Source: Patescibacteria group bacterium
Lineage (GTDB): Bacteria > Patescibacteriota > Minisyncoccia > Phycocordibacterales > JACOZG01
Direction: 5' to 3'
Assembly (NCBI GenBank): GCA_034658935.1
Contig: JAYEGE010000002.1
Coordinates: forward strand, 1 to 51,162
DNA: 51,162 nucleotides
Position 1 is the stretch's first letter; each line of letters opens with the position of its first letter. The notes beneath the pieces are model-generated. The model ran no database searches. It was not told where the DNA came from and saw only the letters and a list, made by a program, of their open reading frames with translations. This document shows positions 16,841-26,134 of this stretch, piece after piece. The position numbers and the translations under genes are program-made.

Positions 16841-16915
16841 TTAGCTACCTGGGCCACTACCCCTGCCACTACCGGAACTTCCACCGCCCCCGCCGAAGCA
16901 ATGCACAAAACTCAT
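16841..16915 (-). CDS. 24-aa Gly/Ser-rich micro-peptide MSFVHCFGGGGGSSGSGRGSGPGS; not in the ORF track
   Basis: Strong SD AGAAAGGAG shortly upstream, ATG 16915, TAA 16841-16843, varied Gly/Ser codons, downstream hairpin. Confidence 0.65.
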   Translation of the reverse strand: MSFVHCFGGGGGSSGSGRGSGPGS

Positions 16916-17225
16916 AGCGCTCTCCTTTCTAGCCTCTTTCTTATCTCCGCATAAGAACATATTTATGGTTAAGCCAACCTCAACCATCTAGACTTAAGAT
17001 TAGAGCATGACGTATTGTTGTCGATAGATGACAATAGAGAAAAACGGATGACTAAAATGTCAAATCATATCGTATCGACAAAACACCAGATGGCAGACAC
17101 CAAAAGACTTTTAGCTTTACTTGTCAATAACTTGTAACAACTTTTTTCTTGTAGCACACGAACTACCTATCCCCGTCACTGAGAGCCAACATCTCATAAG
17201 CAAAGCTTCGATGTGGCGGATAAAA

Positions 17226-18977
17226 TTATTTCTTCTCCCCCACTTCCTTCTTTAATTTGGTAATGAATTCGTCAACGCTTAGATTTTCTTTATCATCGCC
17301 ATCGCGGGATTCGATGGTTAGTTTTTTGTCGGCGACCTCCTTATCTCCCAAGACCACAGCGTAAGGCGCCTTCTCTAATTTCCAATTACGGATCTTCTTG
17401 CCCAGACTCTCGTCTGAATCGTCCAACTCGGCCCGCAAACCTTCGTCCTGCAGACTCGCCACTACTTCCTTAGCGAAGTCCATATGGGCCTCGCCGATAG
17501 GCAGAACCTTAACTTGGACTGGAGCCAGCCAAGTGGGCAACGAGCCGGCCGTGTGCTCAATAAGGATAGAGAGGAAACGCTCGATGGAACCCATAATAGC
17601 GGCGTGGATCATCACAATCCGCTCCTTCTCCCCTTTCTCATTAACACAGGTCAGGTCAAAGCGCTCGGGCATATTCATGTCTAGCTGGATAGTCGCTACT
17701 TGCCACTCCCGACCCAAGGAATCCTTGGCCATGAAGTCCAGCTTGGGGCCGTAGAAAGCGGCCTCGCCAGGAGCGTCGACATAATCGACCCCCTTCTCCT
17801 TAGCGATCGCTTCCAAAACAGACTCGGCCTCCTCCCAACTCTTCTCTTCGCCCAGATAATTCTCCATCTTCTCTGGATCATGGCGTGAGAGCCAAACCTC
17901 AATCTCAAAACCAAAAGCACCGTAGAACTCATGGACAATATCCCAGATTTTTAGAAACTCTTCCTTAACTTGTGAGGTCCGACAGAAGACGTGGGCATCG
18001 TCTTGAGTAAGACTGCGAGTGCGAGAGATACCAGCCAACTCCCCCGATTGCTCATCACGATAACACTTAGTAGTGCTAGCATAACGCTGAGGCAATTCTC
18101 TATAACTCCACAGCTTGCGAGCGTAGATTTGAGTGTGGTGCGGGCAATTCATTGGCTTCATCACAAACTCATGCCCCTCGCGCGTTTTGATTTGGAAGAG
18201 CTCGTCCTTAAATTTGTCCCAATGGCCACTAGTGATATAGAGATCCTTCTTGGTAATGTGAGGGATATCAACCAACACATAACCCTGCTCAGTCCGGAGT
18301 TCCCAAACAAAAGTGTCGAGTAAATTGCGGACTAAAGTCCCCTTCGGCGTCCAGAGCGGCAGGCCGCTCCCCACCAAATCAGAGAAGGTGAAGAGGTCTA
18401 GGGCTGGGCCCAGCTTCTTATGATCACGCTTAATAGCTTCCTCACGTTGTTTGCGATAATCGCCTAGCTCATCTTTAGTATCAAAGGCCAATCCGTAAAT
18501 TCGAGTTAGCATTTGGTTTTCCTCACTCCCCCGCCAATAAGCGCCGGACAGACGGTCGAGCTTGAAGGAGTCTGGCTTGATGTCCTTGGCGGGGTTTTCG
18601 TTATGTCCGCCGCGGCAAAGATCGGAAAAACCGGCGCAGGCGTAGAAAGTGACTTGTTCGCCTTTACCGGCAATCTCATCAATTAGTTCTAGCTTGTATG
18701 GATTGTCCTCGTATTCCTTCTTAGCTTCGTCAGGACTCATCTCACTATAATCAAAACTCCCCCAGGTGGGCAGGAGCTCCTGCATCTTCGCCTCAATCTT
18801 CTCTAAATCCTCTTCGCCAATTGGTTTAGTAAATTCAAAATCGTAATAGAAGCCGTCATCGACAGTCGGCCCAATAGCGTGCTTGGTGTCTGGCCAGAGT
18901 TCCAGCACAGCCGCCGCTAGTAAATGGGCCAAAGTATGCCGTTTATGGTCTAATCCCTCCTTGTTATCCTTGTTCAT
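17226..18977 (-). CDS. thrS: Threonine--tRNA ligase (no N-terminal TGS domain)
   Basis: RHTLAHLLA, DLCRGGH, GAYWRG, RDHKKLG, KPMNCPHH, YRDEQSGEL, AAFYGPKLD; ATG 18977. Confidence 0.97.
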   Translation of the reverse strand: MNKDNKEGLDHKRHTLAHLLAAAVLELWPDTKHAIGPTVDDGFYYDFEFTKPIGEEDLEKIEAKMQELLPTWGSFDYSEMSPDEAKKEYEDNPYKLELIDEIAGKGEQVTFYACAGFSDLCRGGHNENPAKDIKPDSFKLDRLSGAYWRGSEENQMLTRIYGLAFDTKDELGDYRKQREEAIKRDHKKLGPALDLFTFSDLVGSGLPLWTPKGTLVRNLLDTFVWELRTEQGYVLVDIPHITKKDLYITSGHWDKFKDELFQIKTREGHEFVMKPMNCPHHTQIYARKLWSYRELPQRYASTTKCYRDEQSGELAGISRTRSLTQDDAHVFCRTSQVKEEFLKIWDIVHEFYGAFGFEIEVWLSRHDPEKMENYLGEEKSWEEAESVLEAIAKEKGVDYVDAPGEAAFYGPKLDFMAKDSLGREWQVATIQLDMNMPERFDLTCVNEKGEKERIVMIHAAIMGSIERFLSILIEHTAGSLPTWLAPVQVKVLPIGEAHMDFAKEVVASLQDEGLRAELDDSDESLGKKIRNWKLEKAPYAVVLGDKEVADKKLTIESRDGDDKENLSVDEFITKLKKEVGEKK

Positions 18978-19028
18978 ATTGAGCCTAATATAGCATAAAG
19001 CGGCTGTGTCGTCTGCTACAATAACAGT

Positions 19029-19361
19029 ATGGCGAGAGATCAGGGATTTCACGATTACATAGTTTACGACCTATTGAGCGAGCTGCCGGACCTACGGTCG
19101 CGAGGGATGTTCGACGGCCATGGTTTGTATCAAAAGGATACCTTTTTTGGCTTCGTCAATGAAGGAGTACTTTATTTGAAAACTGGGGAAGCTGATCGCA
19201 GTGAATATAAGGAATACGGCTCTGCCCCCTTCTCCTACCCTCGAGCAGGCAAAACTGCCACCCTCCACACTTATTGGGCCGTGCCTGGAGAAATCTTAGA
19301 CGATCCTCCCCGCCTCCTCGAATGGGCCGAACGCGCAATCCAAGCCACACTTGATAAGTAA
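19029..19361 (+). CDS. TfoX/Sxy N-terminal domain protein
   Basis: RSRGMFDGHGLY...FGFVNEGVLYLK...PFSY...YWAVP...LLEWA. Confidence 0.85.
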   Translation: MARDQGFHDYIVYDLLSELPDLRSRGMFDGHGLYQKDTFFGFVNEGVLYLKTGEADRSEYKEYGSAPFSYPRAGKTATLHTYWAVPGEILDDPPRLLEWAERAIQATLDK

Positions 19362-19385
19362 ATTTGGACACTGCGTGTCCAAATT
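19361..19385. repeat. Palindromic element (aatttggacac family)
   Basis: aatttggacac-tgc-gtgtccaaatt at the tfoX stop. Confidence 0.85.
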
Positions 19386-19440
19386 AAGTATCCGAACAAG
19401 AAAAGAGCCGCCCGGGATGCACCGAGCGGCGACGAAACAA

Positions 19441-20031
19441 TCATTCCCCCTCCTTAGGCGCGGAAGATAGGTCGAGTTGGGAGTCGATAACCATGTCGAC
19501 AAGCCCAAACTCAAGTGCCTCTTCTGCGGTCATGTCTTGGCCCTTCTTACATTCCCGCCTGATGGCCGCCACACTCTTACCGCTACGAGCGGCCAAGATA
19601 CGATAGAGTCGATCCTGACTTGCCTCCATACTAGTCTTGAGTGCCGCCAATCGTTTCGCATCTTGAATCACATCGAGACTGATTTCCCTTCTGGAAACGT
19701 GGTGGATCAAGAGCTGGGCATGCCGCGACGCAATTCTCTGGGTACAGGCCTGGAGTACCACAGCAGCCATGGACCTGGCGTAGCCGACGACCAAGCCAAT
19801 CTTCTTTCCTGGATACACCTGGAAAGCGTCGTAGATGTCGAGCCCGACCTCCACCAGACCCCCCTCACTACAGATAGAAATGGTGATCGGGGGAGAACCC
19901 CGAGCAACCAGGCGCAGAAGAGCCTCTCGTACATAGAGAGCAGTTTTACCTTCAACCTTCCCACCAATCTCAATGACCCCCCTATCCAGAAGATCGAGTT
20001 GAACCCTATTCAACTCATCATGTGACCACAT
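19441..20031 (-). CDS. Divergent ClpP-family protease subunit
   Basis: ICSEGG, ARSMAAVVL (Ser), LLIHH (His), MTAEEALEFGLVD; SD AGGGAGG. Confidence 0.85.
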   Translation of the reverse strand: MWSHDELNRVQLDLLDRGVIEIGGKVEGKTALYVREALLRLVARGSPPITISICSEGGLVEVGLDIYDAFQVYPGKKIGLVVGYARSMAAVVLQACTQRIASRHAQLLIHHVSRREISLDVIQDAKRLAALKTSMEASQDRLYRILAARSGKSVAAIRRECKKGQDMTAEEALEFGLVDMVIDSQLDLSSAPKEGE

Positions 20032-20122
20032 ATCGTCCTCCCTGTTATCAAGACATTCTGGCCCAAAAAATCCAATATTTTTTGTCTAAATAGAAACTTA
20101 CATATTCTTGATGTTTTGTCAA

Positions 20123-20395
20123 TCAGAGATTCTTTTTGATCTCTTTTGGGTACTCAGGAAAATAATACTCGATTTTCTTCAGATTGAATTCGCGTAAGAT
20201 CGATTCCTTGGGTTCCCGAGTTAGGAGGAACTCGAAGGAGCGGCGGACCAAATCGCCAACCTCCTCCTGGCCGTCCGTTAATTTCTGCCAATAATCCTTA
20301 TCTACCGTGACAGTAAAATCTAAATCCCCTACTCTCACTACTAATTTCCAATCTTTTGAAGTCTCCTGTTGTTTGATGATTTTAATTTGTGACAT
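20123..20395 (-). CDS. Conserved small hypothetical protein
   Basis: SFEFLLTREPKESILREFNL...YFPEY; ATG 20395 preferred. Confidence 0.7.
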   Translation of the reverse strand: MSQIKIIKQQETSKDWKLVVRVGDLDFTVTVDKDYWQKLTDGQEEVGDLVRRSFEFLLTREPKESILREFNLKKIEYYFPEYPKEIKKNL

Positions 20396-20413
20396 ATGCC
20401 ATAGTTTAAACAT

Positions 20414-20432
20414 TTGGACACTGAGCGTCCAA
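20414..20432. repeat. Degenerate copy of the ttggac...gtccaa palindrome
   Basis: ttggac-actgagc-gtccaa. Confidence 0.5.
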
Positions 20433-20572
20433 GAAAAAGCCCCCTTCTGTAATGGGATTGAAAAAACGTGCCCACTGTGATAGAAAAGGACTAGAATAGT
20501 CCGTCGGCGCGTAGCCGATTTGTCAGCCGTAGGCTGACTTTTGACATCAAACCAGAGAAAGGGAGAAACACC

Positions 20573-21247
20573 GTGATTACACCAGCAACAACCGACCAGG
20601 CGGTGACCGACACGGCATCAGAAAAGCCAGCATTGCAATTCGAAGATGTGGATGTCGAATCGATGAGTAGGAGTACTGGCACCCGCGTGAACGACATTTT
20701 GGATTCTTGGGGAACGCCTTGCTCCGTGAGATGCAATGCAACCTCATTAGTCGACGCACATAGTGAATGCTACGCCGCAGATCCTGACAGCGAAGAAGAG
20801 CGGGCCGCCCAAACCCGGATGAACAGGCTCGCGCGAATCAGCATTGCTAGAGCCCCCAACGTGGCGGAGGCTTTGAGAATCTGCAACCTCATGAGCGGTA
20901 ATGACATAATCTCCTGGGAAGCTCTGCGCAAGGCGGCCGAATTGGTTGTCGCTGTGGAAGAGGGGGCGGAAGTATTCGAATAGGCGGAAGAACACCCCGA
21001 CGTCCAGCGAATACTCTTGCCAAGGTGGCTACTCCTGATCCAGGAGTTCGCAAACGTCACGGCATTGTTTAGTAAAGTGCCTGAAGAATACCCGGTCGAT
21101 GAATTGGTACTGTTCCGCTGCGCAGAACTGGCAAAGACCAAGGTACAACTACGAGAGGTCATCCGAAGAGCAAGAAAGGGTGGCAAGGCCCACCAATTGG
21201 CCGTTCGTAAGTGGAGCGCCTTCTACCGCAAACAACAGCCCATCTAG
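20573..21247 (+). pseudogene. Helical-repeat hypothetical protein split by an in-frame TAG at 20981-20983
   Basis: ORFs 20573-20983 and 21017-21247 share a frame and the linker AEEHPDVQRIL is open; SD AAAGGGAG before GTG. Confidence 0.6.
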
Positions 21248-21347
21248 GCGTGCAACAAAACGCGTTTGGTTACCACACAGCCCCCCTAATTCGCTACGGC
21301 GAACGGGGGGTTATTTTTTACTTGGAGGTTTAGCCTCCAAGTGGAGT

Positions 21348-22430
21348 TTACAAGCCTTCTTTTTTCAGCTCCTCCATCAGCTTCTTGGCTTGGCGAGAGA
21401 GTCTGGTTGGAGTAGAAACAATAACTTTAATTAAAAGGTCGCCACGTTTATTGGGCCCAGTATGTACTCCCTTATTACGCACCCGGAGAAACTCACCAGA
21501 GGAGATTCCCGCAGGAATTTTAAGATTTAAATCACCATCGAGAGTTTTGAGTTTTTGTTCGGCGCCGAGAATAGCGTCTGAAAATTTAACCTTCAAGTCC
21601 ATCAACAGATTGGCCCCCTCACGCCGGAAAATTGCGTGCTTATCAACATGAACCCGGACATATAGGTCACCAGCCACACCGCCAGTAATCGCCTCGCCTC
21701 TGCCAGAGAGGCGGATCATCTCACCATTCTCCAGCCCAGCTGGAATCTTGATTTTGATCTCCTCAGTTTTCTTAAGAGTGCCATGACCCCCGCAAGCCTT
21801 GCAACCCTTCTCTGGCACCTTACCACTCCCTCGACAGGCTTCGCATTCACGAGCCACATTAATTACTCCCAAGAAGGAGCGGCGACTCTCTTGGATCTTA
21901 CCTTGCCCATTACAAGTCGAGCAGGTCTTCAATTCAGTACCTGGTTCCGCCCCCTTGCCATCACAAGTATCGCAAACACCAATCTTATTTATTAAAACCT
22001 GACGTTCAGTACCGAAAACCGAATCAGCAAAAGAAATCTGAATATCGACGGAGATATCCCGCCCCCTTTTAGTCTGGCCCCCACCACGCCGGCCGCCAAA
22101 CATATCGCCAAAGATATCGCCTAAGTCGAAAGCAAAGCCACTGCCAGAAGCGTCGCCGCCAGAGAAATTAGTGAAGTCCCAACCACCGGCATTGCCAGCA
22201 CCACCGCCCATACCACCACCAGAGCCAGCGGAGCCAAAGGTGTCGTATTGTTGGCGCTTACTGTCGTCGCCGAGCACCTGGTATGCCTCGTTGACCTCCT
22301 TGAATTTGCCCTCATCACCATTCTTCTTATCGGGGTGATACTTATGGGCTAATTTATGGAAGGCCTTCTTAACGTCGTCTTTAGAGGCGCCTTTTTCAAT
22401 CCCCAAAATTTGATAATAATCCTTAGACAT
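21348..22430 (-). CDS. dnaJ: Chaperone DnaJ
   Basis: J domain with HPD, G/F region, four CxxCxGxG-type repeats. Confidence 0.98.
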   Translation of the reverse strand: MSKDYYQILGIEKGASKDDVKKAFHKLAHKYHPDKKNGDEGKFKEVNEAYQVLGDDSKRQQYDTFGSAGSGGGMGGGAGNAGGWDFTNFSGGDASGSGFAFDLGDIFGDMFGGRRGGGQTKRGRDISVDIQISFADSVFGTERQVLINKIGVCDTCDGKGAEPGTELKTCSTCNGQGKIQESRRSFLGVINVARECEACRGSGKVPEKGCKACGGHGTLKKTEEIKIKIPAGLENGEMIRLSGRGEAITGGVAGDLYVRVHVDKHAIFRREGANLLMDLKVKFSDAILGAEQKLKTLDGDLNLKIPAGISSGEFLRVRNKGVHTGPNKRGDLLIKVIVSTPTRLSRQAKKLMEELKKEGL

Positions 22431-24373
22431 TAGTTGGTCTCTGCATCTCGTACATTGCCCTCCCCTCCAGGTGGAGTATCTCCACTCTTTTTCGGTTGTT
22501 CATCCGTTTTACCATCTTCAGGTTTAGGTTGTTCTTGGCCGGCTTCTCCAGTGGGCCCTGCGGCTGAGGACATCGCCTGGCCAATCTTCTGCATTGCCTG
22601 GGAGAGACCCTCGGTGCCAGATTTAATGGCCGCCGTGTCCTTGGCCTCCAAGGCCTTCTTCAATTCGCTGACCTTATCTTCAACTTCCTTCTTTACATCA
22701 GCTGGGGCCTTATCGCCAGCATCTTTCACAGATTTTTCAGCAGTATAGATTAATTGTTCAGCCAAATTACGTGTTTCAATTTCTTCTTTCTTCTTCTTAT
22801 CTTCATCGGCATGTAGTTCGGCATCTTTCTTCATCTTTTCAATATCCTCATCACTCAAGCTCGAGCGGGCTTCAATTCGGATAGACTGTTCTTTTCCGCT
22901 AGCTTTGTCCTTAGCCTTAACATTCAAGATGCCGTTAGCATCGACGTCAAAGCTCACTTCTACCTGCGGCATACCGCGAGGTGATGGTGGAATACCATCT
23001 AGGATAAAGCGACCTAAGGATTTATTGTCCGTAGCCATTTGTCGCTCACCTTGAGTAATGTGGATCTCAACTGAGGTCTGATTATCGGCGGCAGTCGAGA
23101 AGACCTGACTGCGAGAAGTTGGGATAGTGGTATTCTTCTCAATCAATTTAGTGCTGACACTGCCCAAAGTCTCAATACCAAGGGACAGCGGAATAACATC
23201 GAGCAAAAGCACATCCTTAACGTCACCCTGGAAAATTCCGGCCTGAATCGCCGCACCCAAGGCAACCACCTCGTCGGGGTTAATAGATAGGTTGGGCTCC
23301 TTACCAAAGAATTTCTTCACCGCTTCAATGATAGCTGGCATCCGGGTCTGCCCACCTACCAAAATAACTTCCTCGATATCGCCAGGCTGGAAGCCAGAAG
23401 CTTCTACTGCCCGCTTAGTAATCTCCATCGCCCGATCAATAAACTCTTGGGCCAATTCCTCAAGCTTGGCGCGAGTCATCTTCAGTAGCAAGTGGCGTGG
23501 CCCCGAGGCATCAGAGGTAATAAAGGGGATATTAATCTCAGTCTCAGGAGTCGTAGAGAGCTCATGCTTAGCCTTCTCGGCACCTTCCTTCAAGCGCTGG
23601 AGGGCGAGTTCGTCTTTAGTGACATCGATACCACTCTCCTTCTTGTACTCCTCACCAATCCACTTGATAATCTTCTGATCAATATCCTCACCACCCATAT
23701 GTGAGTCACCATCGGTAGCCTTAACTACCACACTTTGCTCATCTTCCGCACCGGTAATTTCTAGAATAGAGACATCGAAGGTCCCGCCACCGAAGTCGAA
23801 AACGGCCACCTGCTCGTCCTTCCTCTTATTAAAGCCGTAGGCCAAGGCGGCAGCTGTTGGCTCGTTGATGATCCGGCGAACCTTAAAGCCGGCGATCTCT
23901 CCAGCCTGGCGGGTAGCTTGTCGTTGAGAGTCGTCAAAATAGGCTGGCACAGTAATCACCGCCTCTTCGATCTTCTCGCCCAGCTTAGATTCAGCATCCT
24001 TCTTCAATTTTTGGAGAATCATGGCGGAAATTTCTTCTGGCCGGTAACTCTTATCATCTATCTTAACCTTGATTCCACCATCATCAGACTGGCTCATCTC
24101 ATAGGGAGAAATATCGCGGTCACGCTTAATATTGGCATCTTCAAATTTATGACCCATCATCCGTTTAATACCGTAAATAGTACTCTTTGGATTAGTGATC
24201 GCCTGGCGCTTAGCCAAGAGACCCACCAGACGTTCCCCGCCCTTAGACACAGCCATAACAGAAGGCATAGTGCGCGCCCCTTCAATATTCTCAATTATTC
24301 GCGGTTCGCCACCCTCGATGTATGCCATCGCTGAGTTAGTGGTCCCCAAATCAATGCCTAAAATTTTAGCCAT
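22430..24373 (-). CDS. dnaK: Chaperone DnaK
   Basis: [35 protein letters not shown]. Confidence 0.99.
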   Translation of the reverse strand: MAKILGIDLGTTNSAMAYIEGGEPRIIENIEGARTMPSVMAVSKGGERLVGLLAKRQAITNPKSTIYGIKRMMGHKFEDANIKRDRDISPYEMSQSDDGGIKVKIDDKSYRPEEISAMILQKLKKDAESKLGEKIEEAVITVPAYFDDSQRQATRQAGEIAGFKVRRIINEPTAAALAYGFNKRKDEQVAVFDFGGGTFDVSILEITGAEDEQSVVVKATDGDSHMGGEDIDQKIIKWIGEEYKKESGIDVTKDELALQRLKEGAEKAKHELSTTPETEINIPFITSDASGPRHLLLKMTRAKLEELAQEFIDRAMEITKRAVEASGFQPGDIEEVILVGGQTRMPAIIEAVKKFFGKEPNLSINPDEVVALGAAIQAGIFQGDVKDVLLLDVIPLSLGIETLGSVSTKLIEKNTTIPTSRSQVFSTAADNQTSVEIHITQGERQMATDNKSLGRFILDGIPPSPRGMPQVEVSFDVDANGILNVKAKDKASGKEQSIRIEARSSLSDEDIEKMKKDAELHADEDKKKKEEIETRNLAEQLIYTAEKSVKDAGDKAPADVKKEVEDKVSELKKALEAKDTAAIKSGTEGLSQAMQKIGQAMSSAAGPTGEAGQEQPKPEDGKTDEQPKKSGDTPPGGEGNVRDAETN

Positions 24374-24399
24374 ACTTTTTAATATTTAAATCTTAATAA

Positions 24400-24942
24400 T
24401 TATTGACCCACCTTCACCCTGGCCGGTCTGATAACCTTGCCGTTCAACCGATACCCCTTCTGGACAACTTCTACTACTATATCACTTTCGTTTACCCCGC
24501 CGGCCATCTCGACTGCCTGATGAATAACTGGATTAAAAGAAACATCGACATCGCCAATTACTTCTAGCCCGTTCTGCTTGAAGATATCACCGAGCTTGGC
24601 GTAGATATGCATTATTCCCTGCCGCCAATTCTCATCAACCGCCTCCCAACTCTCCTTATTGGCCATTGCCAGCTCGAAATTGTCAGCTAGCTCCAATAAT
24701 TGAGTCAGGAGATCGGCCTTGGCGAACTTAAACATCTCTGCCTGGCCAGACTCGGCCTCCTTACGGTAATTGAGATAATCGGCCCTAAGGCGCTGACTAG
24801 CATCAAGATATTCCTGGCGCTCAGTCTGACAAATCTTTAGTTTAGCCCTCAATTTCTTAATCTGAGCGGCTGGATTGACCACCTCCTCTTCAGGCACCAA
24901 CTCTTCGTCAGAGCCATCTTCTAATTCAATTTCCTCGTCCAT
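24400..24942 (-). CDS. grpE: Nucleotide exchange factor GrpE
   Basis: RLRADYLNYRK, FNPVIHQAV, QKGYRLNGKVIRPARVKV. Confidence 0.96.
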   Translation of the reverse strand: MDEEIELEDGSDEELVPEEEVVNPAAQIKKLRAKLKICQTERQEYLDASQRLRADYLNYRKEAESGQAEMFKFAKADLLTQLLELADNFELAMANKESWEAVDENWRQGIMHIYAKLGDIFKQNGLEVIGDVDVSFNPVIHQAVEMAGGVNESDIVVEVVQKGYRLNGKVIRPARVKVGQ

Positions 24943-24949
24943 AGTAAAT

Positions 24950-24977
24950 ATTATAACAGATAAAAAAGATAAAGCAA
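24950..24977 (-). promoter_or_regulatory. Sigma70-type promoter of grpE-dnaK-dnaJ
   Basis: TTGCTT-N16-TATAAT with TG extension, 7 nt before ATG; no CIRCE seen. Confidence 0.6.
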
Positions 24978-24995
24978 GGGGTATGGGACTCTAGG

Positions 24996-25394
24996 CTAAC
25001 GCTTCGACCATTGTGGTGCCTTTCGGGCTTTCTTGAGGCCGAATTTACGGCGCTCTTTCATCCGTGCATCACGGGTCAGGAGCTTAGCAGTCTTAATAGC
25101 TGGTTTCAATTCTGCATCATAAGCTACCAAGGCTCGAGCTAAGCCATGAGCCAGAGCCATGGCCTGAGAACTAATACCGCCACCTGTTAATTTGGCAGTA
25201 ATAGTGAACTTAGCGGCCGTTTTACTAATCAGAAAGGGGGCCTCAACTACTTGCCGAAGAGCAAGGATGGGAAAATAAGCCTGGAAAGTTTTGTCATTAA
25301 CAGTAATGCTAGTCTTGGTTGCCTCAGTAAGACGCACCCGAGCTACTGCTGTCTTACGGCGGCCAACTGCTTGATGATAAGTGGTCTTGCTCAT
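24996..25394 (-). CDS. rpsI: 30S ribosomal protein S9
   Basis: GRRKTAVARV, RDARMKERRKFGLKKARKAPQWSKR. Confidence 0.98.
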   Translation of the reverse strand: MSKTTYHQAVGRRKTAVARVRLTEATKTSITVNDKTFQAYFPILALRQVVEAPFLISKTAAKFTITAKLTGGGISSQAMALAHGLARALVAYDAELKPAIKTAKLLTRDARMKERRKFGLKKARKAPQWSKR

Positions 25395-25395
25395 G

Positions 25396-25761
25396 TTATT
25401 CGCTAATAGTTAAATGCTTCATTAATCTCGGTCGTAATTTGTTTGCTGGGAGCATACCGTAGACTGCTCGACGAAGCACCTCGCCATAACCAAAACGCTT
25501 TAATAAATCAGCTTGGCTGATCTGCTTCTGCCCGCCCGGATAGCCACTGTAGCTGATATAAATTTTGCCTCCCGCCTTAGCGTTCGAGATTCGTAATTTA
25601 GCGGCGTTAATTACCTCCACTTGAGTCTGGCCTAAAATATGTCGTTCAAAATGAGCGGAATCTTTATCGCGCAGAATTACCGCCACCTCAGAAGCCACCC
25701 GGCCAGGCGCCCTGCCGGCAGCATCTATGGTTACGATTTTGTTTTCGGCTTCTGTTTTCAT
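25396..25761 (-). CDS. rplM: 50S ribosomal protein L13
   Basis: IDAAGRAPGRVAS, YSGYPGG, AVYGMLP. Confidence 0.96.
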   Translation of the reverse strand: MKTEAENKIVTIDAAGRAPGRVASEVAVILRDKDSAHFERHILGQTQVEVINAAKLRISNAKAGGKIYISYSGYPGGQKQISQADLLKRFGYGEVLRRAVYGMLPANKLRPRLMKHLTISE

Positions 25762-25774
25762 ACGTTTTTATTCA

Positions 25775-26125
25775 CTATACAAATTCGATAACGGCCATTT
25801 TACTTGAATCACTTTTCCGTGGCGGCAATTTAACAATCCTGGTATACCCACCTGCCCGCTCAACATACTTAGGAGCAATCTCATCTACTAGCTTCTTAGC
25901 TCTAGCCGGTGTCCCCAATTCGGAGATCACTAAGCGCCTAGCGCTCAAGGTCCCCGGCTTAGCTTTGGTCACCAAGCGCTCAACAAAGGGACGTAGGGAC
26001 TTGGCCTTAGCCTCAGTAGTCTGGATACGGCCATGGGTAATGAGAGCCTCTGCTAGAGAACGCATCAAAGCTGTCCGTTGACCGGCCTTACGTCCAAATT
26101 TACGATTTTGATCGTGGTGCCTCAT
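25775..26125 (-). CDS. rplQ: 50S ribosomal protein L17
   Basis: MRH...RKFGR, IQTTEAKAK, GGYTRIVKL. Confidence 0.98.
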   Translation of the reverse strand: MRHHDQNRKFGRKAGQRTALMRSLAEALITHGRIQTTEAKAKSLRPFVERLVTKAKPGTLSARRLVISELGTPARAKKLVDEIAPKYVERAGGYTRIVKLPPRKSDSSKMAVIEFV

Positions 26126-26134
26126 TAGTCTCTA

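Noticed and set aside
10652-16915. Classical linear azole-containing peptide (microcin B17-like) cluster
   Set aside because: No YcaO cyclodehydratase in the window; the ThiF is Rv1355c-like and the peptide lacks a recognisable leader
24943-24995. CIRCE/HrcA control of the dnaK operon
   Set aside because: No TTAGCACTC-N9-GAGTGCTAA and no hrcA in the window
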